This document shows, one piece after another, positions 11,601-23,630 of a DNA stretch of 64,000 nt. The stretch lies in assembly GCF_964355755.1 (NCBI RefSeq), contig NC_092680.1:3286001-3350000 (forward strand), written 5' to 3'. Position numbers and translations under genes: made by a program. Under the pieces are notes generated by a model. It worked only from the letters and a program-made list of their open reading frames with translations, had not been told where the DNA came from and searched no databases. How positions within the stretch are numbered: the stretch's first letter is position 1; each line of letters begins with the position of its first letter. The DNA is from Antedon mediterranea (taxonomy: Eukaryota > Animalia > Echinodermata).

Positions 11601-13365
11601 GGCTCTTTCTTGTAGAAGGGTAACCGGTAGTTGTGTTGGTTTCATGACCACTTTGTATGGATCTCTTAGTACTTTACCAAGCTCTTCTTGAAAGTTCTGC
11701 AAAGCACCCTGGGTAATTACTCTTGTGTTACCTATTAAATACAAATGATAATTGTATTTTTTATTTCAAATCAAAAACAATTTCAAAAACCTGCATTAAA
11801 AAGTTGATAAACAATAGTTGACAACACCTGACATATGTTGTTTATTGCATGGTCAGAGATGCAAGTTAGGCTGGGATATGGAGCACTGGGTACTGAAAGC
11901 AAAAAAAATAACTCATTTTTTTCTACCTTCAAAGGCTTAAAGAACTAGAGAATAACATCTCATATAACAGTCTTGATTTCTGCCATTACACTGTATTTTC
12001 CAGTAAAAACTTAGATTTGGTGGTATTTGTATGGTATTTTAACGATGCGTTGATCCCCATGTTCAAACTAAACCCATGAAATCAGTGGCGTTATGGCTAT
12101 GAGCGCACAGGCACATTTTTATACCTGTTAGAAAGCATACCCAGCCCTTTACTTATAATACATTCATTTTATATTGTTAATATACAGAATAATGGAATGA
12201 ACATTCACTATGGGTTATCAACTTAATAGTAACTACTGGAATAAACTCACCAAACCACCGTCGGTTAGGTTCAACTCGTGCGACTGTGCCAGGTTTCAAA
12301 GCTGATTGGAAGGCGGCTGCTTTCACTATCTTTCCCTGCCGATTTCTAAAAGAAATATACCATTTATGACAAAGTATAATCTAATTTAGGGGTAAAATCC
12401 CATACCATAATTTGGCTCAGTCAGGTACTTCTTTCTATTTCAATTAAAATTAATATCATTTAATTATTAATTATAATATAATACAATTTTTAAACTTTTA
12501 TACATTTAATTTTTATTCCTTTATTATTTTAGCTTAACCTCGTGAAAATATAACCTTTTTTCTTTCAGCTCATGAAGTTATTTGTACCATTGCACTAATA
12601 ACCATTCATTTATGTATAAAATATTCAATGCCAGTGCAGTGCTTATATGACTTCAGTGCATATGTTTATTGTCTAGGCCTACTGATTTGGTACAGTACCT
12701 TTGCGCTTTTCCACCACGGTACATATTCAGCCGTTTTATGGTGGCCTTGTCCCTCATGTTCCTTCCTCCACATCCTTTTTCTCGGTCTATATAATATCGT
12801 AAAAATACAGTTAGAAAAATGACAAGCTTTTGCCGTTTTAGGCAGAACAAAAATAAAAATGAACTTTCCTCGTATCGTATCGCAAAAGGCAAGGTACTAA
12901 ACTAAACAAAAATAGAATAGACTCAACAATCACTATTTATAATAAATATTCATTAATAATTCAATTCAATTTCTTTATTGCTGCAAATGCCACCAAGAAG
13001 GGCTAATATCCGCTTAAACATACTACATCATACAAACATATAATATACATATTTACATACTAATAATAATATCCTCCATTACAGCCTATTCTAGCCTGGT
13101 TCAGGGCAGTTGAATGTGTAAGCCTACTTAGCTAGGACCTTAGCTAGGTGGCTACGCCTCTAACCGGGCCTAGGCCTACATAGCCTGCCACCAGCGACCG
13201 CCCTAACTGCTGCTTACTAGATAGCCCACTTACTAGCTAGGCTAGGTAGGCTAGGCTACCCTAGTTTAGAACTATTATAAAGTTAACCCACTTACCAGGA
13301 TTTGTACTGCTATTAGATTTCTTAATTCTATTTATATTTTTCTTCTGTAATTTTGTCTTTACCAT
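5621..13365 (-). CDS. GNL2: Nucleolar GTP-binding protein 2 (Nog2/NGP-1), ~14 exons
   Basis: Begins MVKTKLQ...SNSSTNPDR...[15 protein letters not shown]. Contains [20 protein letters not shown] (G4), [13 protein letters not shown] (G1), GETK, LIDCPG (G3) and [13 protein letters not shown]. Ends [18 protein letters not shown]. Exons include 13296-13365, 12699-12786, 12251-12345, ~6521-7068 and 5621-5722. Confidence 0.95.
8082..8385 (+). mobile_element. Deu/Nin-domain tRNA SINE copy
   Basis: B-box GGTTCGAGGC, tRNA-like part ending ...CACTCCA, same core as 231-492, (TTCAA)n tail. Confidence 0.75.
8559..8707. mobile_element. MITE family A copy
   Basis: TAA|AGCTCTGTCTCCACTATCAAACT start; degenerate right TIR. 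Confidence 0.75.
9588..9749. mobile_element. MITE family A, intact copy with TAA target duplication
   Basis: TAA|AGCTCTGTCTACACTATCAAACT...AGTTTGATAGTGTAGACAGAGCT|TAA. Confidence 0.9.
10930..11088 (-). mobile_element. Deu/Nin-domain tRNA SINE, 5' half
   Basis: Reverse complement of the 5' half of the 8082-8385 copy (GGACCTACGGTTTATAGTCCTTATCCGAG). Confidence 0.75.
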
Positions 13366-13901
13366 GATGATGATCAGCTTGTTTACAACAAATTATAGCA
13401 ATAAAAAACAGATAACGACAATCATCCACCACATGGACAATCCGTGTAAAAAAGATATCCGTCCGTCGTGGTGAAATAGGTCAAGCGTGACCGGAATGTA
13501 TGGAAGGCAAATTTGGTCAAACAACATCGAGGATAAAGGTAACGAAAGTCGATTCGGCCCCTAAATCTTAATTCCTTAGTAAGTGGTCCAAACGGGGTTC
13601 TTCCGTACAAAGGTTCTTTTAAATATTGTTATTACATTTTTTTTCACGATATATTTATCTTTTGCAACATTAATAAATATGTCAGTCCCTAAAAAAAGTG
13701 TTCTTGTATCTGGATCAATAACAAGTAATAAATGTAAGTACGATGATCGATATATCAATCGTTTCACTTTATTGCATCATGTAAACTATGATAGATAACA
13801 AATATATAAATATTTAGCAAAAACAAATTAAATACATGAGAAGAGTAATTACAAATAATGCATTGAGTAGCAATCATAATCGAGTCCCCAAAAAATAAAC
13901 T

Positions 13902-13973
13902 CTCCCTGGCGGGGAATTGAACCCCGGTCTTCCGCGTGACAGGCGGAGATACTCTCCACTATACTACCAAGGA
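13902..13973 (-). tRNA. tRNA-Asp(GTC), copy 1
   Basis: 72-nt cloverleaf TCCTTGGTAGTATAGTGGAGAGTATCTCCGCCTGTCACGCGGAAGACCGGGGTTCAATTCCCCGCCAGGGAG. Anticodon GTC, G73 discriminator, downstream T-run Pol III terminator. Confidence 0.95.
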
Positions 13974-14258
13974 TTTGGTTGATTCAATGGCACTTAGGTT
14001 TTGTTTTAATGTGTAGATTGTTTTATTTTTCAAGTTTGTATCGTGCGATATACATACTGTATACATATAGTAATACCGAAAATAAATTTGATTAATTTAA
14101 TTTAACTTTTTTTAAAAATTTTTACATAATCCAATATATTGTAATTATGATTAATCAATAATTATTATAAAACGATGAATGATATATCAATTTTCAATAT
14201 CTTTTCACTTTATTGCATCATGTAAATTATGATAGATTAAAATATATAAACATTTAAC

Positions 14259-14279
14259 CAGGGAATTAACAACTCCCTG
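14259..14279. mobile_element. 21-bp palindromic transposon footprint with 7-bp TSD
   Basis: ATTTAAC|CAGGGAATTAACAACTCCCTG|ATTTAAC. Absent from the paralogous position (~13811-13830) of the other tRNA repeat unit. Confidence 0.75.
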
Positions 14280-14336
14280 ATTTAACAAAAATAAATTAAG
14301 CAGCATATTAATGATCGAGTCGCCAAAAAATAAACT

Positions 14337-14408
14337 CTCCCTGGCGGGGAATTGAACCCCGGTCTTCCGCGTGACAGGCGGAGATACTCACCACTATACT
14401 ACCAAGGA
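14337..14408 (-). tRNA. tRNA-Asp(GTC), copy 2
   Basis: Identical to copy 1 except one D-loop base (GGTGAG vs GGAGAG). Part of a ~435-bp tandem duplication. Confidence 0.95.
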
Positions 14409-14536
14409 ATTGGTTGTTTCAAACAAGCTTAGGTTTTGTTTTAATGTGTGGATTGGTTTATTTTTTAAATGCGTATCGACGCGTGCGATACATAAAATAA
14501 TATCGAAAATAAATAAATGTCAAAGTTTAATTTAAT

Positions 14537-14553
14537 CAGGGAGTTGCCCCCTG
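14537..14553. mobile_element. 17-bp transposon footprint with 7-bp TSD
   Basis: ATTTAAT|CAGGGAGTTGCCCCCTG|ATTTAAT. Confidence 0.7.
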
Positions 14554-15420
14554 ATTTAATGTAACACAATAATAGAACAATTTAAATTGCAATTATTAAT
14601 CGATTAAAATTAATTCGTCTTACATTTTGCTATATTTTCCTATTTATAACGAAATAAATGGCCACAGGATAATTTGTTTACATTCTTTAATTAGTGCTAG
14701 GCGGCCAGAAGTAGAAAGAACTCTCCGATTAGGCCGATCTAATTAAACAAAACATAAACCACAAGTTAATATTATTTATTAAGGTTGTAATTATGTGTGT
14801 ATGAAATACCACTAAATCATGAAATCCAGGAAAATCGATATATTGTTGACGACAAAAAGCTTATTTAAATCTCGAGTCATCTGTATCTTCAATATGGGCC
14901 GAAATAATCAATAGCATGCCCTCTGCCGCTTTTTTATAATGACAATGAAGTGTGGTGTGCGTGCCACCAAAATCCGAAGATTTTTGGCACGCACCACTTC
15001 ATTGTCAGTTGAGCTGTGCGCTAATTTATTTAATTCATTTGCATAGGCTCAAATACTATTCTACATTTAAGCATAAAAAAACTTCTTTATTTATACAGTA
15101 TTATATACATTCAATTCAATTCAATTCAAGGAACATTTATTCACGTCCAAAAGACAAAAGTAACAAAAACAAAATGGCAAGTGATAAAACAAGAAAATGG
15201 ACGAAGGCAAATCCCAAAAAGATTACAATCTTGTGACGGGATTGCCTTTACAAAATATTTAACATTAACAAACAATAACGATACAAAACTACATCTGAAA
15301 AGTGCAGTAGCACGGGGCGACGTAGCCGTTTGGCCTCTAAGCATGTGTGCTCCCGGAGATGTATTTCTCGATTTCAAACTACCCTGATGATGTTAATACC
15401 ACATTTTCTTTTAAAACGTT

Positions 15421-18053
15421 TTAAATCTGTACTTCTCGTTCCAAATACAAAATCCAGAGTATTTCTAACGTTGATTTGATGTTATTTAAAAGTTTAAAAC
15501 TATCATCTCTAATTGTGATGTGCGTTTTGTGGTTACTCTGAATTTCTAAAAACCCAAGGTTCTGTAGTAAAAGCCACGGCCGCCGATGGTGATGTCGAAC
15601 ATTACGTAATGTTGCATGTGTTGAATCAACTCGATAGTCACCATCTTGAAGACCGTAGAAATAATACAACTATTTAAAAAGTAAAAACAAAATGGTTTAA
15701 TCAAGGAGACAGATAAACAAATGAATAACGTGCAGTTTTATTTCCTCTATGGAAAAAATGTTTTGAAATTATGTTAATGTTTTCAGTTATGGATGATTCC
15801 ATGAAATCATAAATATGTTATTATTATTATGTTATCATCAAGGGAATAAAGACTTACGAATTGATGTGTTTCTTTGCCTTCTTCTTTCGTTAATTGTAAA
15901 ACCACGCGCAGGACATCGTATGGAATATCTATGAATAAATTCAATTTTTGTTATATTTTACGATAAACATGGGAACATAATGTATTTTGAATCATAAATC
16001 TTAAATGATTATTTTCTAATAATTAAAAAACACTAACACAAAGTTGCAGATCGACAAGAATGCAAAAATAGTAACTGTGTCACCTAGACCCAGGGGTCAC
16101 CGTCAATTGGGTTCATTTTACTGCTGAACGATTTTTACCATGTCTTTAAGCCTGGTTTCCATTAAAATCGCATTTTAATTGAACATATTTCACTTACTTG
16201 ACATATTGTATAGAAGTTTTGTAAACCTCTGAATAGATGTTCTTGTCAACTTATCAGTGAGAACCAATGAAGTACGCATCATATCTGTATCTACCCCGGG
16301 GCCTTCAATAGTGAAACCCACAGCACTTATGAAATCTACCCATCTATGTACACTTAATGTGATTGGTTTTGGGCAATCTATGTCCGAGAATTTAATAGTT
16401 TTTGGTGTTTTAGTTGTGCATCGCAATAATAAAGCTCTTGAAAACTGAAAAAAAAAATGGAATAAGTCATGCGTAAGTGAATTATTTGGATTATCTTTTT
16501 TTCAAAACCTAATGTTCATTCTATGCGTTTTAATAATTAACATGGCTTGTCTACACTATCAAACTTTATCCATATGGGCGCATCACAATTTTGTTTTCAC
16601 ATAATGTTTGATAGTGAAGACAGAGCTTTAGTTTGGCCTACACTTGTGACATACCACTGATTGAAAATGTGATATGGTTGCCTGAAGTGTTGATTTGAGA
16701 CAGTATTGGACCATCCATACTAGACTAGTCCTCCAGTCCACAGGTGGTTTTGGAAGAGCAGGCGGTTGGGACGACGGTCGAGATACATTTGAAACTGAAA
16801 AACAAAGTCATCAAAACAATCATGATTTGAAAACTGAAAATGATGCATTATTATCAATACTAGATGTAAATCAGATTTTAAAAAGCACTTCAATTAAAGT
16901 TTATATCAGTTCAGTTCAGTTCAATAATACATTTATTTAAGATGGTCACAATATATAACAAACAATATTACAATAAACAATAATAAACAATTAATATAAG
17001 ACCATCTTAGGGATCAAAATTAGAAGTAGAACTTGTCTCACATTGACCCCTAAAATAATAATAATAATAATTCAAACAAAAATAAGAACGGTACCGTATA
17101 ATATAAATAGATCTACGTGAATTTTGATCGTGGGCATGTTTATCTTATTTCCTTATTTAATTATAAATGCCAATTATAGGATAGAAATAAATATTTTTAG
17201 AAAAAAAAAGAACGACAAGCCTCCAAATTTAAAGTCACAGGCCTGGAAATTACACCTTCATATATTTTTATTTTTTTATTTTTATTTATTTTTTTTTTTT
17301 TTTGGAATTTACGCTTAAATTAAACTATTAAAATTGTTAAATTTACAGTACCCAGTTATAATACACAGAATTAAAATATACATTTTAAAAACATTAGCGC
17401 ATAAGAAAACATGCAGAAGGCGCAGTGCATTGAATAGGGTTATAATATTGATGGCAGACATCAACAATTATACCTTCTGTTATTCTACTGAGACCAAATG
17501 ACGTTGTCTGTATGAAAGGAGAACGTCGAGTTTCACCACCATCACTGGACTGGTTTTGCCGATGAGGGAATGTCAACACCATGTGTGTACTCTCCTCTGT
17601 GCTGTCAGCAATCGGCGTTAACACGGGTAGACATTGATTTTTCCTTTTACAAAGATCTGCATTCCGGACATCTTCCAATCTTTTTTTCTTCCTCTCGATT
17701 GATTTACATAAAGAATCAGCCTCTTCTCCTGTTTTTGGCACTGCTGTACCGATTATTCCAAAATATGACGGCGGTGGGTCAAAACTTGTTACAACTTTGG
17801 AATACGATGGTGGCCTTTCGAAACGATTAATGGATTTTCGTCTCCTCTTTTGTCTGTTGAAGAAATGTTAAAATGCTTGATGACGATGACAACATAAAGT
17901 TTAACATAACAATAGGACAGCAAAAAAAAAAAACTAGCAGTTTTATTGGGATAAAACTAATATAATGTGTTCATTGAGGAGGAATCGCTTTTCCAACAGC
18001 TGTTTGGAATTTACTTACCTTTTGAAGAAGTTTTTTGTTTTTTTACAGAACAT
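15421..18053 (-). CDS. Uncharacterised 373-aa protein: basic N-terminus, two PPSY motifs, Pro-rich linker, tandem PUB-like C-terminal module
   Basis: Six exons (18019-18053, 17474-17853, 16655-16794, 16198-16444, 15858-15928, 15421-15669), all GT-AG with compatible phases, total 1122 nt with no internal stop. The start codon is the least certain part. Confidence 0.8.
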
Positions 18054-18990
18054 TTTCTCCAGTTCCACATCAACGACACGATAAAACGTGTAGTACACTC
18101 AAAACCAACACATAGTAATGTGAGTGCGTGATCAGAACATCAATTTAATATACTTCCTTGTTGAAAAGATACATAAAACTAATGTTGGTTTATCCCGGAT
18201 GTTAAATTGAAGTTGTTGACACTCCTAGGAGTTTAATCGCCACATAGTGTCCAGAACTCCCTGTTTGGAAGTATATCACGATCAGCCTCTACAATGATTG
18301 GTTGATTATGAATGAATATTATGACGTAATTGTGCTATTCATTAATTTTAGTAATTGATGAAACATAAATGGATACATTATTTTAAGTTTGAGTTGAGAT
18401 AATGGAAAAACAAATAGGCCTAAAGTTAAGACCCAATTAGGCCTATATACATTATAATTCAAGAGTTAAAATATTCTTGATTCTGATTTCAGCCACAATG
18501 GTTTTATTTTAATATTGACGGTACTTTTCAAAACAAGTGAGTCTGAATACTAAAGTAGCATAATTATATTAATAAGAATTCTAATTTATTAGGAATGACG
18601 ATATTTTTATAAATATTTTCTGTAACATAGGCCTAAAATCTTATTATCCGATCTATGTATAGAGAGGAAGGTATTCCAAATTGTGATAGAAGGAAGATAT
18701 GAAGGTAATACAAGAAGAGGAAGGAAAAGGATAGCTATGCTTGATAGATTAAAACATAACACTAGGCCCACATATTCGGAATTGAAAGAAGAAGCACTAT
18801 AGAGAATCATGGGGAAAGCCTAGACTATCATGGGCCTGCAAATGGTAGATGACAAGGTAGGTATAAGCAGAGTTTATTACATACGGTATACGATACATTC
18901 TCGTGGTCAGGTCACAAATGAGTCACAAAGATGGTCAAACGCTTAAGACTCACACGAGACAAATGTATATAACTTGTGTTCTTATATTAG

Positions 18991-19021
18991 CAGGGAGTTG
19001 TAAAATAAGTACAACTCCCTG
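18991..19021. mobile_element. 31-bp palindromic transposon footprint with 7-bp TSD
   Basis: ATATTAG|CAGGGAGTTGTAAAATAAGTACAACTCCCTG|GTATTAG (TSD 6/7 identical). Confidence 0.75.
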
Positions 19022-21904
19022 GTATTAGTTAATAAAGTTTGTTTAATTTATAATATCGCTATTATTAATCTGTTTAATTATTCATTTTTACTAATTGACG
19101 TGTTGAATAAATAAAGTTGAATTGTTGAATTAATTATGTCGTTTGTATCTATATTAAAACCTTTAACCGATATTACCATTCGGAGTCAGAGTTTATTATT
19201 GCGTAGGTTAGTGTAGCCAATACTTAGACAAAATCAATTATCTAGTAGTAGTCATGAAGCATGCTTAACGGCTAGTTAGCTTCCTATTTGCTTGCCATGC
19301 TTTACAAAACAATATTTAGAAGGCAAGTATACAGGTTGGCATATTAGTTGTTAATAATTAACACTCCATCGACGATAAATGAAACATACCTTAGGCCTAT
19401 ACCTATCTTACATAAAACAAAACAAAAATTGAAAAGTTGTCATTCTAGAACAATGGGATAACCATTTATGCTGTCTTTAATAAAAATAATATTTTTTTAC
19501 AAAATTCAATTAATTGACGTCATGATCAATCGGTTAGGGTAAACATTACAATCTAACATGTCCTCAATTCCAACCCTCCAACATTCCCGAAAGTATTTCT
19601 AGAAATTCCAACGAATGGAAACCCCCCGGCGTGAGTCATCCGGGTCTCCGACAACTCTATGGTGCGCTCTCGAATCAGAAGACTTGCCCCATAGTCTGTA
19701 TTAATTTCGAGGCTTTTAGATGTGCCAAAATATTTAATTTAATATTAAGACAAAACTCCCAGGGAATCACCAAAATGATGCTAGGTAAAATAAGTTTCGA
19801 TGGCATAGCTTCTTTACTGTATATTCCGTATCTTTATACCTTGATTAAAATCAGGCTCATTAGAAATATGAATAAACGTATTTTATTAACTATATTATTT
19901 CGCAGTATCGTGTTAATGAATCAGCAACTTCAGATAATGTCAACATACGTTTTATCAGGAAATATTTAGGCCTAACTGACGTATTGATGCTTTGAATTAC
20001 CTTTTCTTATAGTGTTATTTCAAGTGCAAATTCGACGAATCTAACATCCGTGTCTTTATACCCTACATAACACGGATTGAATGAGACAAACTATCGTCGA
20101 TGACGATACAGTACAAGGCTGAACTTCAGGTGGATTGTTGATGAATGATTGTGTGTGTATATTTCCTCATCTTTATCACGGCTTCAAATTAATTATTAAT
20201 TAATTTCAGTATATCACCGGGCGGTTTAGAATTCATGTTTGTGTGCCTCATGTGTTTTATTATATTTAATTAAACACATCTAATGACAAAAGAATCAACA
20301 GATGTATTTTCGATAGCTTTACAAACAATATTGTAGGCTACAATACGACAATAAAATTAGCTAAATTCATTGAAATAGGTCATGGCCGCACCTTTAATTA
20401 CCACAACTGTATACAATAGAATCTGTTTTAGAATGCTCTTAAATTTAGAGCCATACATTTATTAATAGAATACCATACCAGAACAAGCTAACATTATATA
20501 GTGGGTCGTTATGTATGTAACTATAGTCTACAAAGTACCTTCTTTCTATCGATGAAATACAACGTAGGCATGCTACATAGATGAGACAAATTATAGTTAT
20601 CACAGGTAAGACACTGTTAGAGCATGAGATATAAACGGCTCCATGGTTAGAGTCCAAATAAGAACGAACGTAAATTAAAACGTTGATATAATGAGGAATT
20701 TAATTGTGGTTGAACGAAATATCAAAATCTGACTGACAATCGATAATACCGAAATTGTGAAAACATTTTTCTTTCTCTGGTTTTGATTACAGTATTGATA
20801 TGTCTTGAAACGTATAGTTAAATTTATACTGGTTTACCATTAATGAATATACCGAAATTGGATGAAATGTCTTTCCCGTTTATAACTGCTGATAGGCCAC
20901 CTATAGTTCTTCTAGGCTGGATACTCAGTTTAACAACGTTAGTTCGATCAAAATATTATGGGTTTACGGGCCTAATCTAAAAAAAAAACGTATTCAGGCC
21001 CTCCTATGGTGAGAATAACTGCATGTAGGCCTAAATAAATAAAACCAGAACCATGCTGCGCTTCAGTTCTATAGCTTTTATGCTACAGCCTACTTACTTT
21101 GTATCAAAGGCCTCCTTTGACCAAAACATATGTGGTCGATAAATTCTACCAGGCTTTGGCATGAATTCCATTTGTGTATAGATATTATACAGTATGCTTA
21201 CACCTATAGGCTTCTAGCAGTTTCAATTTCCAATGTCGCTTACTAAGACACTAACTGTTTATAAAGCTCTCAAGAGCGGAACGGATTAAGCGGCATTTAA
21301 AAGATCTATTTATTTAGAAAAATAATAATAAAACCTCAAACAGATTTCAATGAAAGCATTTGCGTAAAAATGTGAAGTGGGGAACTAAGTTATCTTAAAA
21401 TACATCGACGTAAGTAAATTACAAGTGTTCAATTTACTGTGGCATGCTATTCTACAGAAAATTTCTGGACAATAAAGTTCTTTGAAGAGAATGATTGAGT
21501 TAAATTAATCAATTGTGAATTCTCGAATTGTTTCCCCAATTCCCCAAAGTTTCTTGTAAGTCTAATTTTTATCTGTTTAATATTTAAATGTCACTCTATT
21601 TTCATTGGATAGGCTCAGCAACGTTTTGGGAGTGTCACTAATAAACAGTGCCATGGATACCAAGTTGATCAATGGCCCTGAATATCATTTTCAATTCATT
21701 TTAATTCAATACATTATTTTCTTCTTATCTTTTCTTCATTATATAAAATGACTATATTACTCGATTCCCAGTGCTGTATCTCCACATACTATCTATTTTT
21801 AAATCATTATATTTATCATTCTTGACTCGTTCTATATTTTACTTGAATTGTTTATGTTTACCTCATTTTCTTGAAGGAAGAAAAAAATGTTAAGATGAAT
21901 TTGA

Positions 21905-22040
21905 ATTTCCGAAGTATCATAGGAATATTTGGTAATACAGCATCTTATTATCACACGTGTTGCCTGTATCATGTATGGTTAAGGGTTACTACCAGATACA
22001 CGTGAAACACCAAATATTCCTGATTGATACTTCGGAAATA
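21905..22040. repeat. Fold-back inverted repeat, probably a small MITE
   Basis: ATTTCCGAAGTATCA-TAGGAATATTTGGT ... ACCAAATATTCCT-GAT-TGATACTTCGGAAAT. Confidence 0.6.
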
Positions 22041-23577
22041 GATAGTACCGAGAATAGGCTGATATTTCTTCATATAAATCAAACGGTGGGTACCGTAACG
22101 GAAAGTAACAAATAACGTACAAGCTAATAGTCACGTCTAATAGTCACGTCAAGTCTAATAAAAAAACAATATACATTTTAAGAATACAATAAACCTGGAG
22201 ATATACTAAAATAAATTACATTTCTAAAAAAAAATGTTTTGTTTACCATAAGAGAAATAATTCACATAATAATTCAATTAAAACAGTTGTTCAAAATGTC
22301 TCAAATAATATAATCAATAGGGCAAAATATAAATTAAAGAACGAATTTATTTTCAATTCAAATGGGTTATAAGTTCGAGGGGAGAAAATGATATGAACAA
22401 TACAAATATTGACAAAGCAACACATGTTTATACGTAGTTGTTTACAGTACAATAATCAGATTATAGATTATGATCTAAATCGTTTGTGGTTCTGCAGAAA
22501 TTTTAGTAATATAATAAAATCTATAATCTTATCCAAGTAGAGATAATTGTTTCTTACATGCCTGGCTTTTAAACACGGCAAGATAAGTGGATAACATGAC
22601 ACACTGTTTTCTGACTACAAAATTAATCTACAATATCTAATAATTTGGTATAATCATATAATGCTGTCTTTGATAAATTTAATATTTAAAAAAATCTAAT
22701 TCAATGACATCATGATCAATAAAAACAATATAAATGTTTGTATTGTCACGATATTTAATTGCTCTTTCTAATCATGACGTTGATTGGACGTGTGGAAAAA
22801 TCATTTTCATCAAAGAAAGCATGACGGTTATACTATAGTTCTATGATTACAGCTCTTTAGATTTCTTTTGTTTTATGTATGAAAAATGTATCTATTTATC
22901 GTCGATCATTATCGTCCTAGTGTAAACGGGCCTTAAGGCATCAAAAGTATTTGGACTATTTATTAATAAGCTACCCCATCGTATGGGCCTAGATAGGCCT
23001 ATTGTAAACAATTAGAACATTTTAAATTAAGAAGAAAAACAAACGTTATAAATGACATCTTTTAATAAATCCAACACAAAAAAATTAAAAGTATTTCCAT
23101 TGCACAAGGAAAAACAATATTACCTTTCAGTTAACTTAATTAGGCTTATCACGATTCAAAGTAAAGTTATGGAACGTTTTAAAAGAAGTAGCATAGTGCC
23201 TAAATGTTTTATATATTAATAATAACTTTCTATAAAAGTTGTATTTTTGATTTGATATGTTTAATTATTTCATTTTAAGTTTAATTTCTGCGTTTTCTGG
23301 TTTTAAATTGTTGTTTTTTATCATTAATATTATTATCCTTATTGTAAATAACTCTCACAATTTTAAGTTTAAAACATTTTAATTGTAATGTACCGTATTG
23401 TATATTCAATCCAGTCGAGTTTTTTTTTATTAGAATTAATATAAATCGTTATCGTTTTGTTATTTAGGCCTAGGTTATCTAAAATCATGGTTTCACAGCA
23501 CATGATGTCGATAACCATGCACGCGAGGCGCAACCTTTCAATATTGTTTCATCGGTTACAACACTAAGTACCTTCGA

Positions 23578-23630
23578 CCAATCACATGTCGCATCGGGTC
23601 TTGATCCCAAGCCACGTGTCTGCTATATAT
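23578..23630 (+). promoter_or_regulatory. Candidate core promoter of the SPSB3-like gene
   Basis: CCAAT (23578), CACGTG E-box (23613) and TATATA (23624) in promoter order. Downstream donor GAC|GTAAGT (~24403) and acceptor T10-ACAG (~25583) suggest a 5'-UTR intron. Confidence 0.4.

Noticed and set aside
16655-16685. Possible GC-AG donor (CAG|GCAACC) in the orphan gene
   Set aside because: An in-phase canonical GTG|GTATGT donor lies 27 nt further on.
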